Part shown: positions 18,667 to 29,714 of the stretch, in pieces
How positions within the stretch are numbered: the stretch's first letter is position 1
How the letters are laid out: the number at the start of each line of letters is the position of its first letter
From: a bacterium
GTDB lineage: Bacteria; Patescibacteriota; UBA1384; JAGGWG01
Direction of reading: 5' to 3'
Assembly (NCBI GenBank): GCA_021157605.1
Contig: JAGGWG010000006.1
Span: 2,387-66,386, forward strand
DNA length: 64,000 bases
Position numbers and translations under genes: made by a program
Notes under the pieces: generated by a model
The model's database searches: none
Seen by the model: only the letters and a program-made list of their open reading frames with translations
Told to the model about the DNA's origin: nothing

Positions 18667-20192
18667 AAGCGGCTGACTGAGTTAATAAACTCCCCTAACT
18701 TTAGTGATGCTTTAATAACTTTTTCAACTTTCTGATAGGGTAGCTCCAAAGTGTTAAGACTGATTAAAAAAGGAGGGTTTCGGGGTGGTGCTACTTTCAA
18801 AAGCTCAATGAGTTTTTTTTCTTCTTGGAAAAAAATAAACCAAGGAAGTGTTTTGTATAGAGACTGCCAACTAGGTTGTTGTTTTAATATTTCTTTTTGC
18901 TTCTTTTGTAGTTGGTGTCGTCCAGCCTTTCCCAGTCTGGTAAAAAAGGTTAGAACCGGAATGCGTTCTCCCAAAAATACAAAAACAAGATTAGCAACAA
19001 TGGCTGGAAGAACTAACCACGGTAAGTTGCTAATCCAGGCAGAGATAGCCAAAAGAATAAGAGAAGCAAGACCAAGAATTGCAAGAATTGTTCTGGTATC
19101 CAGAAAACCTATTTTTGCCTGTTTAAGATATCCTTGGTTTTGCATTTCTAATAAAAGAAGGTCCTTAAGTCGCAAAAGAGAATGGGGGATTATTTCTTTC
19201 TCTGCTTGTTTTTCTATCTTTTCAAGATTAACTCTATTTTGGTTAGCAAAGAGGAAATCCCAAAGAATTTTTTCTGGATAAGTCAGCGAAGGGTCGCTTT
19301 TGTTTTTGCCAATAATGATTTTGCCTTCTCTTTCTATGAAAATAACAAGATTTTTTTGGGCCCAGTCAGCTAAGGTGGCGGCAATAGCTTCTGGGGTAAG
19401 GCGTTTATAATAAAGATAGCTGTTGGCTAAAAAAGATTGGGGTATTGAGGTGCCATAAGAGGAAGAGGGATAGAAGTAGTGTCTCCAAAAAAAGATTGCT
19501 GTTCCCAATAAAAAGATTAACAAGAGGGCTGTGTAAAGATAAAGGTACTCCTGAATAGTATTGACAAGTGTTTGGGTAAAAGGAAGATGGAAATCAAAAT
19601 CGCTTTTTGCTTCCCAAGAAAGAGAAGAATAGGGTTCAAGTGAAGCCTGGGCTTGGTAGGTGTTTTTGGTTGTCTTTTGAGAGTGTATAGAGCCGCCATG
19701 AATAAGGTAGAGACGGGGTTTTTTGATTGTAGCTTGCTGGGGCAAAATAATAGAAAGATCAAGGGTGGGAATATAGGTGTGGGGTTCTTTAGTGAGGGGA
19801 ACAAATATTTCCCAGAACTTTTCTTTATCTTTTTGAGAGGTGAGTCTGGTTTTATAACTTAAAGATAAATTAGGGAGATTGGGAAATAAAACTATTAGGC
19901 GGTCTTTTTGATGAATTAGGTTAAACTTGGTTTTTCCTTGAGCGGTGTTTACCGAGACATTAAAGGCATCTTTGGGTATAGACCAGCTTAACGCTGGTAA
20001 ATTACCTGGTACTTCAGAAATCTCAACTTTTGTTTCTGTTTCAAAATTATCTTTAATCTTGACTTCTATCTTGACTTTATTTATGATTGAAAAAACTCCA
20101 GAAAGGTTTTGAGCGTTAACTATTTGAGATTTAAGAAAAAAGATAACTATCAAAGGTATTAAGAAAGCTAAAGTGAGTTTTGACTTGATCAT
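18663..20192 (-). CDS. DUF2207-like membrane protein (signal peptide, extracellular N-domain, central and C-terminal TM helices)
   Basis: 509 aa. Topology is inferred from hydrophobic segments only. Confidence 0.35.
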   Translation of the reverse strand: MIKSKLTLAFLIPLIVIFFLKSQIVNAQNLSGVFSIINKVKIEVKIKDNFETETKVEISEVPGNLPALSWSIPKDAFNVSVNTAQGKTKFNLIHQKDRLIVLFPNLPNLSLSYKTRLTSQKDKEKFWEIFVPLTKEPHTYIPTLDLSIILPQQATIKKPRLYLIHGGSIHSQKTTKNTYQAQASLEPYSSLSWEAKSDFDFHLPFTQTLVNTIQEYLYLYTALLLIFLLGTAIFFWRHYFYPSSSYGTSIPQSFLANSYLYYKRLTPEAIAATLADWAQKNLVIFIEREGKIIIGKNKSDPSLTYPEKILWDFLFANQNRVNLEKIEKQAEKEIIPHSLLRLKDLLLLEMQNQGYLKQAKIGFLDTRTILAILGLASLILLAISAWISNLPWLVLPAIVANLVFVFLGERIPVLTFFTRLGKAGRHQLQKKQKEILKQQPSWQSLYKTLPWFIFFQEEKKLIELLKVAPPRNPPFLISLNTLELPYQKVEKVIKASLKLGEFINSVSRL

Positions 20193-20237
20193 TTAGGTTT
20201 ATTATACTAAAAACTCTGCTAATTTAATTTTTAACTT

Positions 20238-20501
20238 ATGCCCCAGACCATTTTCGAGAGATTAAAAAAGAAGTATCAGAGAAACAAAGAAGATACTGGT
20301 TCCCCAGTAGTACAGATAATTGTTATTTCAGAAAAAATTCAGGATTTGTCACAACACCTTAAAAAACATCCTCATGATATTGACGGGCGTTTAAGTTTGC
20401 TTAAGTTTTTAGCCAAAAGAAGAAGGCTTTTGGCTTATCTTTCTAAATTCGAAACTAATGTTTATAAAAAGGTTGTTAAAGATCTGGGCCTTAAGGCTTA
20501 A
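20238..20501 (+). CDS. rpsO: 30S ribosomal protein S15
   Basis: It has HLKKHPHDIDGRLSLLKFLAKRRRLLAYL, the S15 signature. It is upstream of pnp, the conserved rpsO-pnp arrangement. Confidence 0.9.
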   Translation: MPQTIFERLKKKYQRNKEDTGSPVVQIIVISEKIQDLSQHLKKHPHDIDGRLSLLKFLAKRRRLLAYLSKFETNVYKKVVKDLGLKA

Positions 20502-20509
20502 AGTTTTAT

Positions 20510-22627
20510 ATGAAGCAAAAAACGTACTCTAAAGAGTTTGACTGGAAGGGTAAAACTCTAAAACTGGAAACAGGCAAATTGGCTCATTTTGCTGATTCAG
20601 CAGTGCGGATAGATTTTGGCAAAACCACTGTGCTTTGCACAGTAGTGGTCAGCAAAGAGCCGCGTGAAGAAGCTGACTTTTTTCCTTTACTTATAGATTA
20701 TGAAGAAAAATACTATGCTTCAGGAAAGATCTCAGGGAGTCGTTTTATTAAAAGAGAAGGTCGGCCTTCTGAGGAAGCAGTTTTAAACGCCCGTTTGATT
20801 GACAGGCCTATTAGGCCTCTTTTCCCTAAATACTATCGCAATGATGTCCAGGTAGTGGTTACTGTTCTTTCTTATGACCCCCAATGCCCGCCGGAAATAC
20901 CTTCTATAATTGGTACTTCTTTGGCTCTTTCAATCTCCCAAGCTCCTTTTCAAGGTCCAGTAGGGGCAGTCAGAGTAGGGATGAAGAATAATGAAATAAT
21001 ATTGAATCCTTCTGATGAGATAGAGGGATTAGAGCTTGATCTTAAAGTGGTAGGAAACCGGGAAAGAATTTTAATGGTTGAGGGTTGGGCTAAAGAGATT
21101 TCAGAAAAAAGGATGCTGGAGGTACTGCGTTGGGCTCATAAGCAACTTCAATTTGCCATAAAGGTTCAAGAGGAATTTTTAGCTAATTTAGATATTAAGA
21201 AAGCCGAGTTATTAATATCTGAATCTGATATCCATGTTAAACTTTCTAGTTTGTTGGGTAGTAAAATTAAAAAAACACTCCAGCTTAAAAACGAAGAAAA
21301 ACGTCAAGAAGAGCTTAACCGGTTTGAGGAAAGAGTCCTTAAAGAGTTTGAAGGGGATTATAAACAGATAGAGATTCAAAATGCTTTTAATGATCTTATC
21401 AAAAAAGAAACCCGCCGCCTAATTATTGAGAAGGGATTCCGCCCTGACGGAAGAAAATTAGATGAGATTAGACCACTTAATATTGAGGTGGGCGTTTTGC
21501 CGCGTACTCACGGCAGTGCTCTTTTTTCTCGTGGGGAAACACAGGTTCTTAGCATTACTACCTTAGATTCTCCAGCTAAAGAGCAGTTGGTGGAAACAAT
21601 GGAAGAAGAGAGATCCAAACGCTTTATGCACCACTATAACTTCCCCCCTTATTCTACTGGAGATATTCGGCCATTGGGTTCTCCTTCGCGCAGAGAGATT
21701 GGTCACGGTGCTTTGGCAGAAAAGGCTTTGCAAAATATTATTCCTGACAAAACCTTTTTTCCTTACACTATTCGTGTTGTTTCTGAAGTGCTTTCTTCTA
21801 ATGGCTCAACTTCTATGGCGGCAACTTGCGCTTCCACTCTTTCTTTAATGGATGCTGGTGTGCCAATCAAAAGTCCTGTTGCTGGAATTGCTATGGGTTT
21901 AGTTACTGAAGAAAAAGATGGCAAGATTACAAACTATAAAGTACTGACCGATATTCAGGGGGTAGAAGATTTCTCCGGAGATATGGATTTTAAAGTAGCT
22001 GGCACCAAAAAAGGAATTACTGCTATTCAGCTTGATGTTAAAATTTCAGGTATTAGCTTTGAGATAATAGAAGAGGTATTTGTCCGTGCCAAAAAGGCTC
22101 GCTTGTACATTCTTGAAGAAATGGCAAAGGTTCTTCCCCATTATCGTAAACAAGTTTCTCCTTTGGCACCAAGAATTGAGGTGTTAAAGATTGATGCTGA
22201 AAAAATTAGAGATGTAATTGGTCCAGGCGGAAAGACTATAAGAGAGATTATTGCCCAGACTGGTGTTGAGATTGATATTGAACCAGACGGTACAGTCTAT
22301 ATCTCTTCTGAATCAGACAAAGGCAATATCAAACAGGCAAGAGAGTGGGTAGAGAATCTAACTCGCGAAATTAAGGTGGGCGAGATATTTAAAGGCAAGA
22401 TAACTCGGATAGTAGATTTTGGTGCTTTTGTTGAAATTTTACCCGGTCAAGAGGGTTTAGTGCATATTTCTGAATTTTCTGAAAAGCGCATTGACAATAT
22501 CCGCAATTTAGTTAAGGTTGGTGATATAATTCCAGTTAAGGTAATAAAAATTGACGAATTAGGTCGGATAAATCTTTCTGTTAAGGCTTTGCCTTCTAAT
22601 TTAAAAAAAGGTTTGCCTTTTAGCTAA
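20510..22627 (+). CDS. pnp: Polynucleotide phosphorylase
   Basis: 705 aa with two RNase PH domains and C-terminal KH and S1 domains (GKITRIVDFGAFVEILPGQEGLVHISE). Confidence 0.95.
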   Translation: MKQKTYSKEFDWKGKTLKLETGKLAHFADSAVRIDFGKTTVLCTVVVSKEPREEADFFPLLIDYEEKYYASGKISGSRFIKREGRPSEEAVLNARLIDRPIRPLFPKYYRNDVQVVVTVLSYDPQCPPEIPSIIGTSLALSISQAPFQGPVGAVRVGMKNNEIILNPSDEIEGLELDLKVVGNRERILMVEGWAKEISEKRMLEVLRWAHKQLQFAIKVQEEFLANLDIKKAELLISESDIHVKLSSLLGSKIKKTLQLKNEEKRQEELNRFEERVLKEFEGDYKQIEIQNAFNDLIKKETRRLIIEKGFRPDGRKLDEIRPLNIEVGVLPRTHGSALFSRGETQVLSITTLDSPAKEQLVETMEEERSKRFMHHYNFPPYSTGDIRPLGSPSRREIGHGALAEKALQNIIPDKTFFPYTIRVVSEVLSSNGSTSMAATCASTLSLMDAGVPIKSPVAGIAMGLVTEEKDGKITNYKVLTDIQGVEDFSGDMDFKVAGTKKGITAIQLDVKISGISFEIIEEVFVRAKKARLYILEEMAKVLPHYRKQVSPLAPRIEVLKIDAEKIRDVIGPGGKTIREIIAQTGVEIDIEPDGTVYISSESDKGNIKQAREWVENLTREIKVGEIFKGKITRIVDFGAFVEILPGQEGLVHISEFSEKRIDNIRNLVKVGDIIPVKVIKIDELGRINLSVKALPSNLKKGLPFS

Positions 22628-22629
22628 CA

Positions 22630-23208
22630 ATGACTCGCTCTTGGGATAAGTTGAAAAAAGAGGTTTCTGTTTGTCAGCAATGCGGTCTTTACAAAACAAG
22701 AACCAAAGTTGTTTTTGGTGAAGGAGGTTTTGAGAAAAAGGTTGTTCTTATTGGTGAAGCCCCTGGCAAAAATGAAGATTTACAGGGTCGTCCTTTTGTG
22801 GGTTCAGCTGGCAGGGTTTTAGACAAAATGTTGGGGCTAGCAGGTCTTTCCCGCAATGATGTTTTTATCACTAATGTAGTTAAATGTCGGCCGCCGCACA
22901 ATCGGGATCCTTTGCCAGAAGAGATAGAATCCTGTTTTCCTTTTTTGCGAAGGCAGCTGTTTTTAATTAAGCCAAAATTAGTTATTACTCTGGGTCGGTT
23001 CGCTTTGTCTCGGTTCAGTTCAGGCTTAATCAGTCAAGTGCATGGAGTGCCAAAGAGGGTAAAGTGGAGGTTTAAAAATAAAGAAATTAGTTTTATCCTT
23101 TTTCCTGTTTTTCATCCGGCGGTGGCTTTGTACAGGGGAGAATACCACAAGATGTTGGTCCAAGATTTTAAAAAAATAAAACGAATTATTAATTTAACTA
23201 AAGAGTGA
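22630..23208 (+). CDS. Uracil-DNA glycosylase, family 4
   Basis: It has GEAPGKNEDLQGRPFVGSAGRVLDKML, ITNVVKCRPP and HPA. Confidence 0.85.
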   Translation: MTRSWDKLKKEVSVCQQCGLYKTRTKVVFGEGGFEKKVVLIGEAPGKNEDLQGRPFVGSAGRVLDKMLGLAGLSRNDVFITNVVKCRPPHNRDPLPEEIESCFPFLRRQLFLIKPKLVITLGRFALSRFSSGLISQVHGVPKRVKWRFKNKEISFILFPVFHPAVALYRGEYHKMLVQDFKKIKRIINLTKE

Positions 23209-23227
23209 TTTAAAACTAAAAATTATT

Positions 23228-24958
23228 ATGAGTCAAATTCAGGATTACCATCCAAACGGGCAAAACAACCAAAAGACAGTTCTTAATTTTGAGGAAATGG
23301 ACGTATTGCGCATTATTCCTTTGGGCGGCTTAGGAGAGATTGGCCGCAATATGTTGGTTTTAGAGTATGGCAATGACATTATTATTATTGATGCCGGTAT
23401 TATGTTTCCTCCGGAGGAAATGTTGGGTATAGATTTTATTATTCCCAACACCCGTTATCTTGATGACAAAAAAAAGAATATCCGCGGTATTATTATTACC
23501 CATGGGCATGAAGATCATATAGGAGCTTTACCCTATGTTTTGCCTCGTTTGGGAAACCCAGTGATCTATACTGCTCCTTTAACCAAAGGTTTAATTGAGG
23601 TTAAGTTGAGCGAGTTCAGTTTGCAGGCACCCCGGATCGAAGTTGTTAAACCGGGTCAAAAGATAAAATTAGGAGTTTTTGAGGTTGATCCTTTTGAAGT
23701 TAATCACTCTATCCCCGACACTTTAGGTTTGGCCATTGATACTCCGGTAGGTCTGCTAATCCATTCTGGTGATTTCAAATTTGATTTTACTCCTGTGTCT
23801 GGTTCACCTATTAATTTGGCCAAATTGGCTGAATTGGGCAAAAAGAATGTTTTAGCTTTATTTTCAGATAGCACAAACGTGGAAGTTCCGGGCTACACCT
23901 TGAGTGAAAAAACTGTGGGTGAGAACTTTTTCAATATCTTTAGTCAGGCAGAAGGAAGGGTTATTGTTTCCAGTTTTGCCTCCCTAATTAATCGTATCCA
24001 GCAGGTATTTGACGCCTCCAAGCGTTTTAATCGCCATGTTTTTCTCTCTGGAAGAAGTTTGATTGGCAACGTAAAGGTAGCTTTAAAACTTGGCTATCTT
24101 AAAGCTCCAAAAGATCTTTTAATTGACGCTCATCAATTAAAACAACTTCGTGATGATCAGGTAACAATTATGTGTACTGGTTCTCAAGGGGAAATGTATT
24201 CTGCTTTAGTGCGTATGGCTTCTGATGATCACCCCCATATTAAGATTAAACCCGGTGATACAGTAGTAATTTCTGCTTCCCCCATACCCGGCAATGAAAC
24301 AGCGATTAACAGAACAATTAATAATCTTTTTCGGCGAGGAGCAAAGGTTATTTATGGTCGCGAACTGGATATCCATGTTTCTGGACATGCTGCCCAGGAA
24401 GAGTTGAAGATTTTTTATGAGATAGTTAAGCCCAAGTATTTTATACCTGTACATGGTGAAGATAGGCATCTGATTTTGCATTGCCGTTTGGTTCAAGATA
24501 TGGGTCATAGCCCCAATGCTGCTTTTGCTTTAGAAGATGGTCGGGTTTTAGAAATTGATAAAAACCAAAATGCGAGATTGCGGAAGGAGGTGGTTCCTTC
24601 TGGATATGTGCTTGTGGACGGATTGGGAGTTGGCGATGTGGGTGATGTTGTTTTGAGGGATAGGCAGGCAATGAGTAAGGAAGGAGTTTTTATGGTAGTT
24701 TGTATTGTTAATAACCGCACTAAAGAATTAGTCAGCAGTCCAGATATTATTTCTCGCGGTTTTGTTTATATGCGCGCTCACGAAAAATTAATTCAAGAAG
24801 CTAGAGGCAGGGTGCGAAGTATTATGCAAAAGTACAGCCAAAAACATCGTGGAGATTGGAGCCATGTCAAAAACGAACTAAGGGACAGAATAGGTGAGTT
24901 TTTGTTTCAAAAAACTAAGCGCCGTCCTTTGGTTCTGCCAGTGATTATTGAAGTTTAG
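23228..24958 (+). CDS. rnj: Ribonuclease J
   Basis: It has the metallo-beta-lactamase motif ITHGHEDHIGALP followed by beta-CASP and a C-terminal domain. It is 576 aa. Confidence 0.9.
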   Translation: MSQIQDYHPNGQNNQKTVLNFEEMDVLRIIPLGGLGEIGRNMLVLEYGNDIIIIDAGIMFPPEEMLGIDFIIPNTRYLDDKKKNIRGIIITHGHEDHIGALPYVLPRLGNPVIYTAPLTKGLIEVKLSEFSLQAPRIEVVKPGQKIKLGVFEVDPFEVNHSIPDTLGLAIDTPVGLLIHSGDFKFDFTPVSGSPINLAKLAELGKKNVLALFSDSTNVEVPGYTLSEKTVGENFFNIFSQAEGRVIVSSFASLINRIQQVFDASKRFNRHVFLSGRSLIGNVKVALKLGYLKAPKDLLIDAHQLKQLRDDQVTIMCTGSQGEMYSALVRMASDDHPHIKIKPGDTVVISASPIPGNETAINRTINNLFRRGAKVIYGRELDIHVSGHAAQEELKIFYEIVKPKYFIPVHGEDRHLILHCRLVQDMGHSPNAAFALEDGRVLEIDKNQNARLRKEVVPSGYVLVDGLGVGDVGDVVLRDRQAMSKEGVFMVVCIVNNRTKELVSSPDIISRGFVYMRAHEKLIQEARGRVRSIMQKYSQKHRGDWSHVKNELRDRIGEFLFQKTKRRPLVLPVIIEV

Positions 24959-25010
24959 ATTTTTAAAAGTTTGGTTTGAGTTAAAATAACAAAAAAGCTA
25001 TAATAAGCAG

Positions 25011-27077
25011 GTGGCAAGAAAGAGAAGGAAGAAGAGTGAAGAAAAAGAAATAAAGTCTCTCGAGTCCCAAAGAGAACTTTTTGGGATTATTCTTTTGGCT
25101 TTAGCTCTTTTCTTTTTGTTTTCTCTTTTGAATAAAGCTGGTATAGTTGGCTATTACTTTAATCAAATCCTTTTCTTTTTGGGCGGCTGGGCTGCTTGGT
25201 TGTTGCCTTTTTTGCTGCTCCCTCTTATTTATATGCTATTGCGCAAAAAAGAGGTTTCTTTAAATATCCTCTTGGGCGAGCTATTTATATTTCTTTCCGC
25301 AGCTTCTTTGCTTTCTCTTTTAGGTATGGAGAAAGCTGTTATTAATTGGCAAGGATTAGGAGGGACTGTTGGGGGAGTTCTGGCTTTTGTGTTTTTTAAG
25401 CTTTTTTCTTTTTGGTTTAGTTTTTTCCTTTTGGTTCTTTGGTTTTTGGCTGGGCTGATTTTGAGTTTTAACTTTTCTTTGAGTTCTCTGGTTTCAAAAT
25501 TTAAGCCTGTAACAAAGACTGAAAGAGAAAAGAAGAAAACAGAGGAACCTGTGGTGGCTTCTTCCCCTTTTCAAAAAAGAGGCCTTACTCTTTTTCCTTT
25601 TGCCAAAAAGCAGACCGAGACAGAGGGAGATAAAGAAGGCAAATACAGTATTGCAGTAGTAGACAAAGATTGGAACTTTCCTCCTATTGATCTTTTGGAT
25701 GTTGAAGAAAAGAAACCTGATGGCGGTTCAGTTGAAAAAAGAGCTGAGATTATTAAAAAAACTTTGGCTGATTATGATATTGAGGTGGAAATGGGGGAGA
25801 TTAGTGTGGGCCCAACTGTGACCCAGTTTACCCTAAAGCCTAAGACTGGGGTCAAGTTGAGTCAAATTGTTTCCCGGGCTGATGAAATCGCTTATGCTTT
25901 GGCTGCTCATCCTATTCGTATTGAGGCTCCTATCCCTGGCAAATCAGCTGTCGGCGTGGAAGTGCCTAATCAAGAGCAGGCAATTGTCAGGTTGCGCAGA
26001 TTATTACAATCCAAAGAGTTTGCTCAGCAAAAATCTCCCCTAGCTTTTCCTTTGGGCAGAAATGTGGCTGGCAAGCCTTTTATAACTGAGCTTACGCGTA
26101 TGCCTCATCTTTTGGTGGCTGGAGCTACTGGCACAGGTAAGAGTGTATGCTTAAATAGTATTTTGACTACTTTTCTTTTTCGTAATTCACCCAAAACTTT
26201 TAGATTGATTCTGGTTGATCCTAAACGGGTGGAATTTACTCTTTATAATGATATTCCCCATCTCTTGACCCCAGTTATTTCTGAAGTTGATAAAACCATT
26301 AGTGCTTTTAGATGGGCCACAGAAGAGATGGACAGACGCTATGTTCTTTTACAAGAAAAAGGCAAGCGGAATATTTTAGAGTTTAATCGTTCTGCCAAAC
26401 CTGATGAACGTTTGCCTTATATTGTAATTATTATTGATGAGCTGGCTGATTTGATGGTTCAGGCCAGACGCGAGGTAGAAGCTTCAATTGTGCGTTTGAC
26501 CCAGATGGCTCGGGCTACAGGAATTCATTTGATTTTAGCTACTCAGCGTCCGAGTACAGATGTTATTACTGGTTTAATTAAAGCCAATATTACTCACCGT
26601 ATTGCTTTTCAAGTCGCTTCCCAAATTGATTCCCGCACAATTTTGGATCAAGGAGGGGCGGAGAAACTTTTGGGTCGGGGAGATATGCTTTATCTTAGCG
26701 CTGATTCGCCTAAACCAAAGAGGCTTCAGGGTCCAATGGTTACAGAAGAAGAAGTACGCAGAATAACTAATTACCTCAAAGAAAAAGGATCGCCTCACTA
26801 TCAAGAAGAAATTACTTCTGCCAAGCCTCAAAGTGTTGGTTTAGGTAGTGATGGAGATGAATTGTTGGAGCAGGCGATTGAAGTGGTTTTGCAGGAGCGC
26901 AGAGCTTCAGCTTCATTGTTACAAAGGCGGTTGCGTATAGGTTATGCTCGCGCCGCTCGTTTAATTGATCTGCTGGAAGAAAAAGGAGTTGTTAGTCCCC
27001 AAGAAGGTTCTCGTTCGCGTCAAGTTTTAATTGATGAGCAAACCTTTCAAGATATGAAAGAAAAAGGTTTGTTTTAA
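25011..27077 (+). CDS. ftsK: DNA translocase FtsK/SpoIIIE (GTG start)
   Basis: It has N-terminal TM helices, the GATGTGKSV Walker A, DELADLM and a C-terminal gamma (winged-helix) domain. Confidence 0.9.
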   Translation: MARKRRKKSEEKEIKSLESQRELFGIILLALALFFLFSLLNKAGIVGYYFNQILFFLGGWAAWLLPFLLLPLIYMLLRKKEVSLNILLGELFIFLSAASLLSLLGMEKAVINWQGLGGTVGGVLAFVFFKLFSFWFSFFLLVLWFLAGLILSFNFSLSSLVSKFKPVTKTEREKKKTEEPVVASSPFQKRGLTLFPFAKKQTETEGDKEGKYSIAVVDKDWNFPPIDLLDVEEKKPDGGSVEKRAEIIKKTLADYDIEVEMGEISVGPTVTQFTLKPKTGVKLSQIVSRADEIAYALAAHPIRIEAPIPGKSAVGVEVPNQEQAIVRLRRLLQSKEFAQQKSPLAFPLGRNVAGKPFITELTRMPHLLVAGATGTGKSVCLNSILTTFLFRNSPKTFRLILVDPKRVEFTLYNDIPHLLTPVISEVDKTISAFRWATEEMDRRYVLLQEKGKRNILEFNRSAKPDERLPYIVIIIDELADLMVQARREVEASIVRLTQMARATGIHLILATQRPSTDVITGLIKANITHRIAFQVASQIDSRTILDQGGAEKLLGRGDMLYLSADSPKPKRLQGPMVTEEEVRRITNYLKEKGSPHYQEEITSAKPQSVGLGSDGDELLEQAIEVVLQERRASASLLQRRLRIGYARAARLIDLLEEKGVVSPQEGSRSRQVLIDEQTFQDMKEKGLF

Positions 27078-27086
27078 ATAGGTATT

Positions 27087-27758
27087 ATGGAAGCAAAATT
27101 TTCTCGCCGCACAATTGAGACACCCAAGAGTTTGGGTCGGACCTTGCGGAGCAGACGTCTAAAAAAGGGGATAACTCTCAAGGAGGCGGCTCAAAAAACA
27201 ATGGTGCGCAGGCACTATCTTTACTATCTCGAGACTAATCAATTTAAGCTTTTGCCTCCAGAACCTTATGGTTCTTATTTTGTTAAGCGGTATGCTGATT
27301 TTTTGGGACTTAACACTGAGGAAATAATGGTATGGTATCAGCAGGAGATTGGTGCCAGACAGAAAGATTCTGGCATAGTTAATCCTCCTGAGGAAGTACG
27401 TTTTTCAGTTCTTGGCTTTTTCCGCCAGCGTTTACGTTATTTTATTTTAGGTGGCTTGGCGATTTTGCTTTTGAGTTCTTTTTTGGCATATGAAGTAGTA
27501 GGTTTTACTCAAGGTCCCTACCTAAATATTGTTGCTCCCGAGCAAGAGGAGATAAGCACTAAGGAAGTTTTATTTACTATTAGAGGGGTAGCTGACAAGG
27601 AGTCATCTTTAACTTTAAATGGTGAGCTGATAGAGCTTGATTCGGGTGTATTTGAGAAAGAGGTAGTTCTTAAACCGGGGCAAAATCGCTTTGTTCTTGA
27701 GGCTCAAGATAATTTAGGGAAGAAAACCAAAAAGGAAATTGTTATTTGGCGTCTTTAG
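27087..27758 (+). CDS. RodZ-like helix-turn-helix membrane protein
   Basis: It has an N-terminal XRE-type HTH (ITLKEAAQKT), a single TM helix and a C-terminal beta-rich domain. Confidence 0.5.
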   Translation: MEAKFSRRTIETPKSLGRTLRSRRLKKGITLKEAAQKTMVRRHYLYYLETNQFKLLPPEPYGSYFVKRYADFLGLNTEEIMVWYQQEIGARQKDSGIVNPPEEVRFSVLGFFRQRLRYFILGGLAILLLSSFLAYEVVGFTQGPYLNIVAPEQEEISTKEVLFTIRGVADKESSLTLNGELIELDSGVFEKEVVLKPGQNRFVLEAQDNLGKKTKKEIVIWRL

Positions 27759-27817
27759 TTTGACGAGCTACTTGGCTCTGCTCTAAAATTAAAGTTAGAA
27801 AAACATAATTTTTAACT

Positions 27818-28804
27818 ATGCGAGACAAACGCAAGGAAGCGATTAAGATGGCTTTAGAACAAATTGAGCGCAACTTTGGCAAAGGCGCAATTATGCCTTT
27901 GGGCGCCAAAGAGGCGTTGGATGTAGCCACTATACCCACCGGTTCTCTTTCTTTGGATTGGGCTTTGGGAGTTGGGGGTTTGCCGCGAGGAAGAATTGTC
28001 GAGATTTATGGCCCTGAGTCTTCAGGAAAAACAACTTTAGCTTTGCATGTAATTGCTGAAGCCCAAAGAAAAGGAGGTTTAGCTGCTTTTATTGATGCTG
28101 AACATGCTTTTGATCCAGAGTACGCCAAGCGTATAGGCATTAACCTTGAAGATCTTTTAGTTTCTCAGCCTGATACTGGTGAGCAGGCCTTGGAGATTGC
28201 TGAAACATTAGTGCGTTCCAATGCTTTAGATGTCATTGTGGTTGATTCTGTAGCTGCTTTAGTGCCTCGGGCAGAAATTGAGGGTGAGATGGGTGAGTCG
28301 CAAATCGGTCTTCAGGCGCGGCTTATGAGTCAGGCTTTGCGCAAATTAGCTGGAGCTATTTCCAAATCAAAGACTATGGTTATCTTTATTAACCAGATTA
28401 GAATGAAGGTCGGGGTTTTGTTTGGCAATCCTGAGACAACTCCGGGTGGTTTGGCTTTAAAATTTTACTCTTCAGTTCGTTTAGAAATTAGACGTATTGG
28501 TCAGATTAAAAAAGGAAATGAGATTATTGGTAATCGTATAAGGGTTAAGGTGGTTAAAAACAAAGTGGCTCCTCCTTTTAAAACCGCTGAGTTTGATATT
28601 CGTTACGGTCAGGGTGTTGATAAAGTAAGTGAAATTTTAGATGTAGGCGAGGAAACAGGAGTTCTTTCGCGCAAGGGAAATACTTATTATTTCGGCAAAC
28701 AAAAATTAGGCGTTGGTCGTGAAAAAACGTTGGCATTATTAAAGGAAGATAAGCGTTTGGCTCAGCGTATCAGGAAAGAAATAGTGGCAAAAATGGAAAA
28801 ATGA
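27818..28804 (+). CDS. recA: Recombinase A
   Basis: It has the GPESSGKTT Walker A, VVDSVAAL and RecA L1/L2 loop regions. Confidence 0.95.
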   Translation: MRDKRKEAIKMALEQIERNFGKGAIMPLGAKEALDVATIPTGSLSLDWALGVGGLPRGRIVEIYGPESSGKTTLALHVIAEAQRKGGLAAFIDAEHAFDPEYAKRIGINLEDLLVSQPDTGEQALEIAETLVRSNALDVIVVDSVAALVPRAEIEGEMGESQIGLQARLMSQALRKLAGAISKSKTMVIFINQIRMKVGVLFGNPETTPGGLALKFYSSVRLEIRRIGQIKKGNEIIGNRIRVKVVKNKVAPPFKTAEFDIRYGQGVDKVSEILDVGEETGVLSRKGNTYYFGKQKLGVGREKTLALLKEDKRLAQRIRKEIVAKMEK

Positions 28805-29382
28805 AATGGTCTGTTAAGAAGAGAGGGCGTTTTTGGTTGGTTCAAGGGGGTAGAGAAAAGTTTTGGCTAACACCGTATTTTTTTAAAAAGCTTTCTCCTT
28901 ATTTTAAACAAGGGGTTGGGGCTGAAAAGATAAAAGAGCTTATTCTTTCTTTGCTCAAAGAAAGAGTGATTTACTTTTTGAGCCTTAGGGACAGAAGCGA
29001 GTTTGAAATTAAAAACTATGTTTTTAGATTGCGGCAGGAAAAGTTTTTACCCCAAATTATCAAATGGCTTAAGCATTTAAATCTTCTTAATGATTATAGT
29101 TTTGGTTTAAAGTTTGTTGACTATCAAAAACAGCGGCTTTTTGGCCCTTTTTATATTGCCCGCCAGCTTAAGAACAGGGGGTTGAATGAAAAACTTGTTG
29201 AGGAAGTTTTGTTAAAGAGCTATACTAAAGAAGAAGAGAGAAAAAAAGCAAGAGCGTTGTTTAAAAAATACAGCCCCAAGAAGCGGCTTAAAAATATCAA
29301 AGAAAAGGCAAAAATGCTGCGTTTTTTCTCTGGCCGGGGTTTTAGCAGAGAAATAATTTACGAACTAATGGAGGATTTATGA
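28801..29382 (+). CDS. recX: RecA regulator RecX
   Basis: It has a 4-nt ATGA overlap with the recA stop and is a ~190-aa all-helical repeat protein. Conserved recA-recX synteny supports the call. Confidence 0.6.
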   Translation: MKWSVKKRGRFWLVQGGREKFWLTPYFFKKLSPYFKQGVGAEKIKELILSLLKERVIYFLSLRDRSEFEIKNYVFRLRQEKFLPQIIKWLKHLNLLNDYSFGLKFVDYQKQRLFGPFYIARQLKNRGLNEKLVEEVLLKSYTKEEERKKARALFKKYSPKKRLKNIKEKAKMLRFFSGRGFSREIIYELMEDL

Positions 29383-29714
29383 ACAAAGAGATTAAAGAAA
29401 AAATATACGCTTCCCTTTATTATCTTGGTGGTTTGGGTATTATTTGTTTTTTGAAGAGATCAACTTCTTTTGAGAAGTTCCATGCTGTTCAGGGTTTGAG
29501 TTTATTTTCTTTTTTCAGTCTTTTGGTTATTTGGCTGTTTGTATCTTTATGGTTAGTGCCTATTTTATCCTTTCTTTCTATAATAGGATTTTTAGGGGTA
29601 ATATTTTGGCTAGGTTATGGTTTAAGTTCAGTTTGGCGCGGTCAAAAACTTAATCTTTCAGGATTGGAGTTTGTATCTCGTCCCTTTTCTTCTCGTTTGA
29701 TCGAGGAGGTTTAG
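29379..29714 (+). CDS. Small membrane protein (DUF4870-like)
   Basis: 111 aa with three hydrophobic helices and an N-terminal HAVQ-containing segment. Confidence 0.35.
   Translation: MNKEIKEKIYASLYYLGGLGIICFLKRSTSFEKFHAVQGLSLFSFFSLLVIWLFVSLWLVPILSFLSIIGFLGVIFWLGYGLSSVWRGQKLNLSGLEFVSRPFSSRLIEEV

Noticed and set aside
24206-24720. Three minus-strand ORFs of 71-100 aa inside rnj
   Set aside because: They are antisense to a well-supported RNase J gene and have no motifs.
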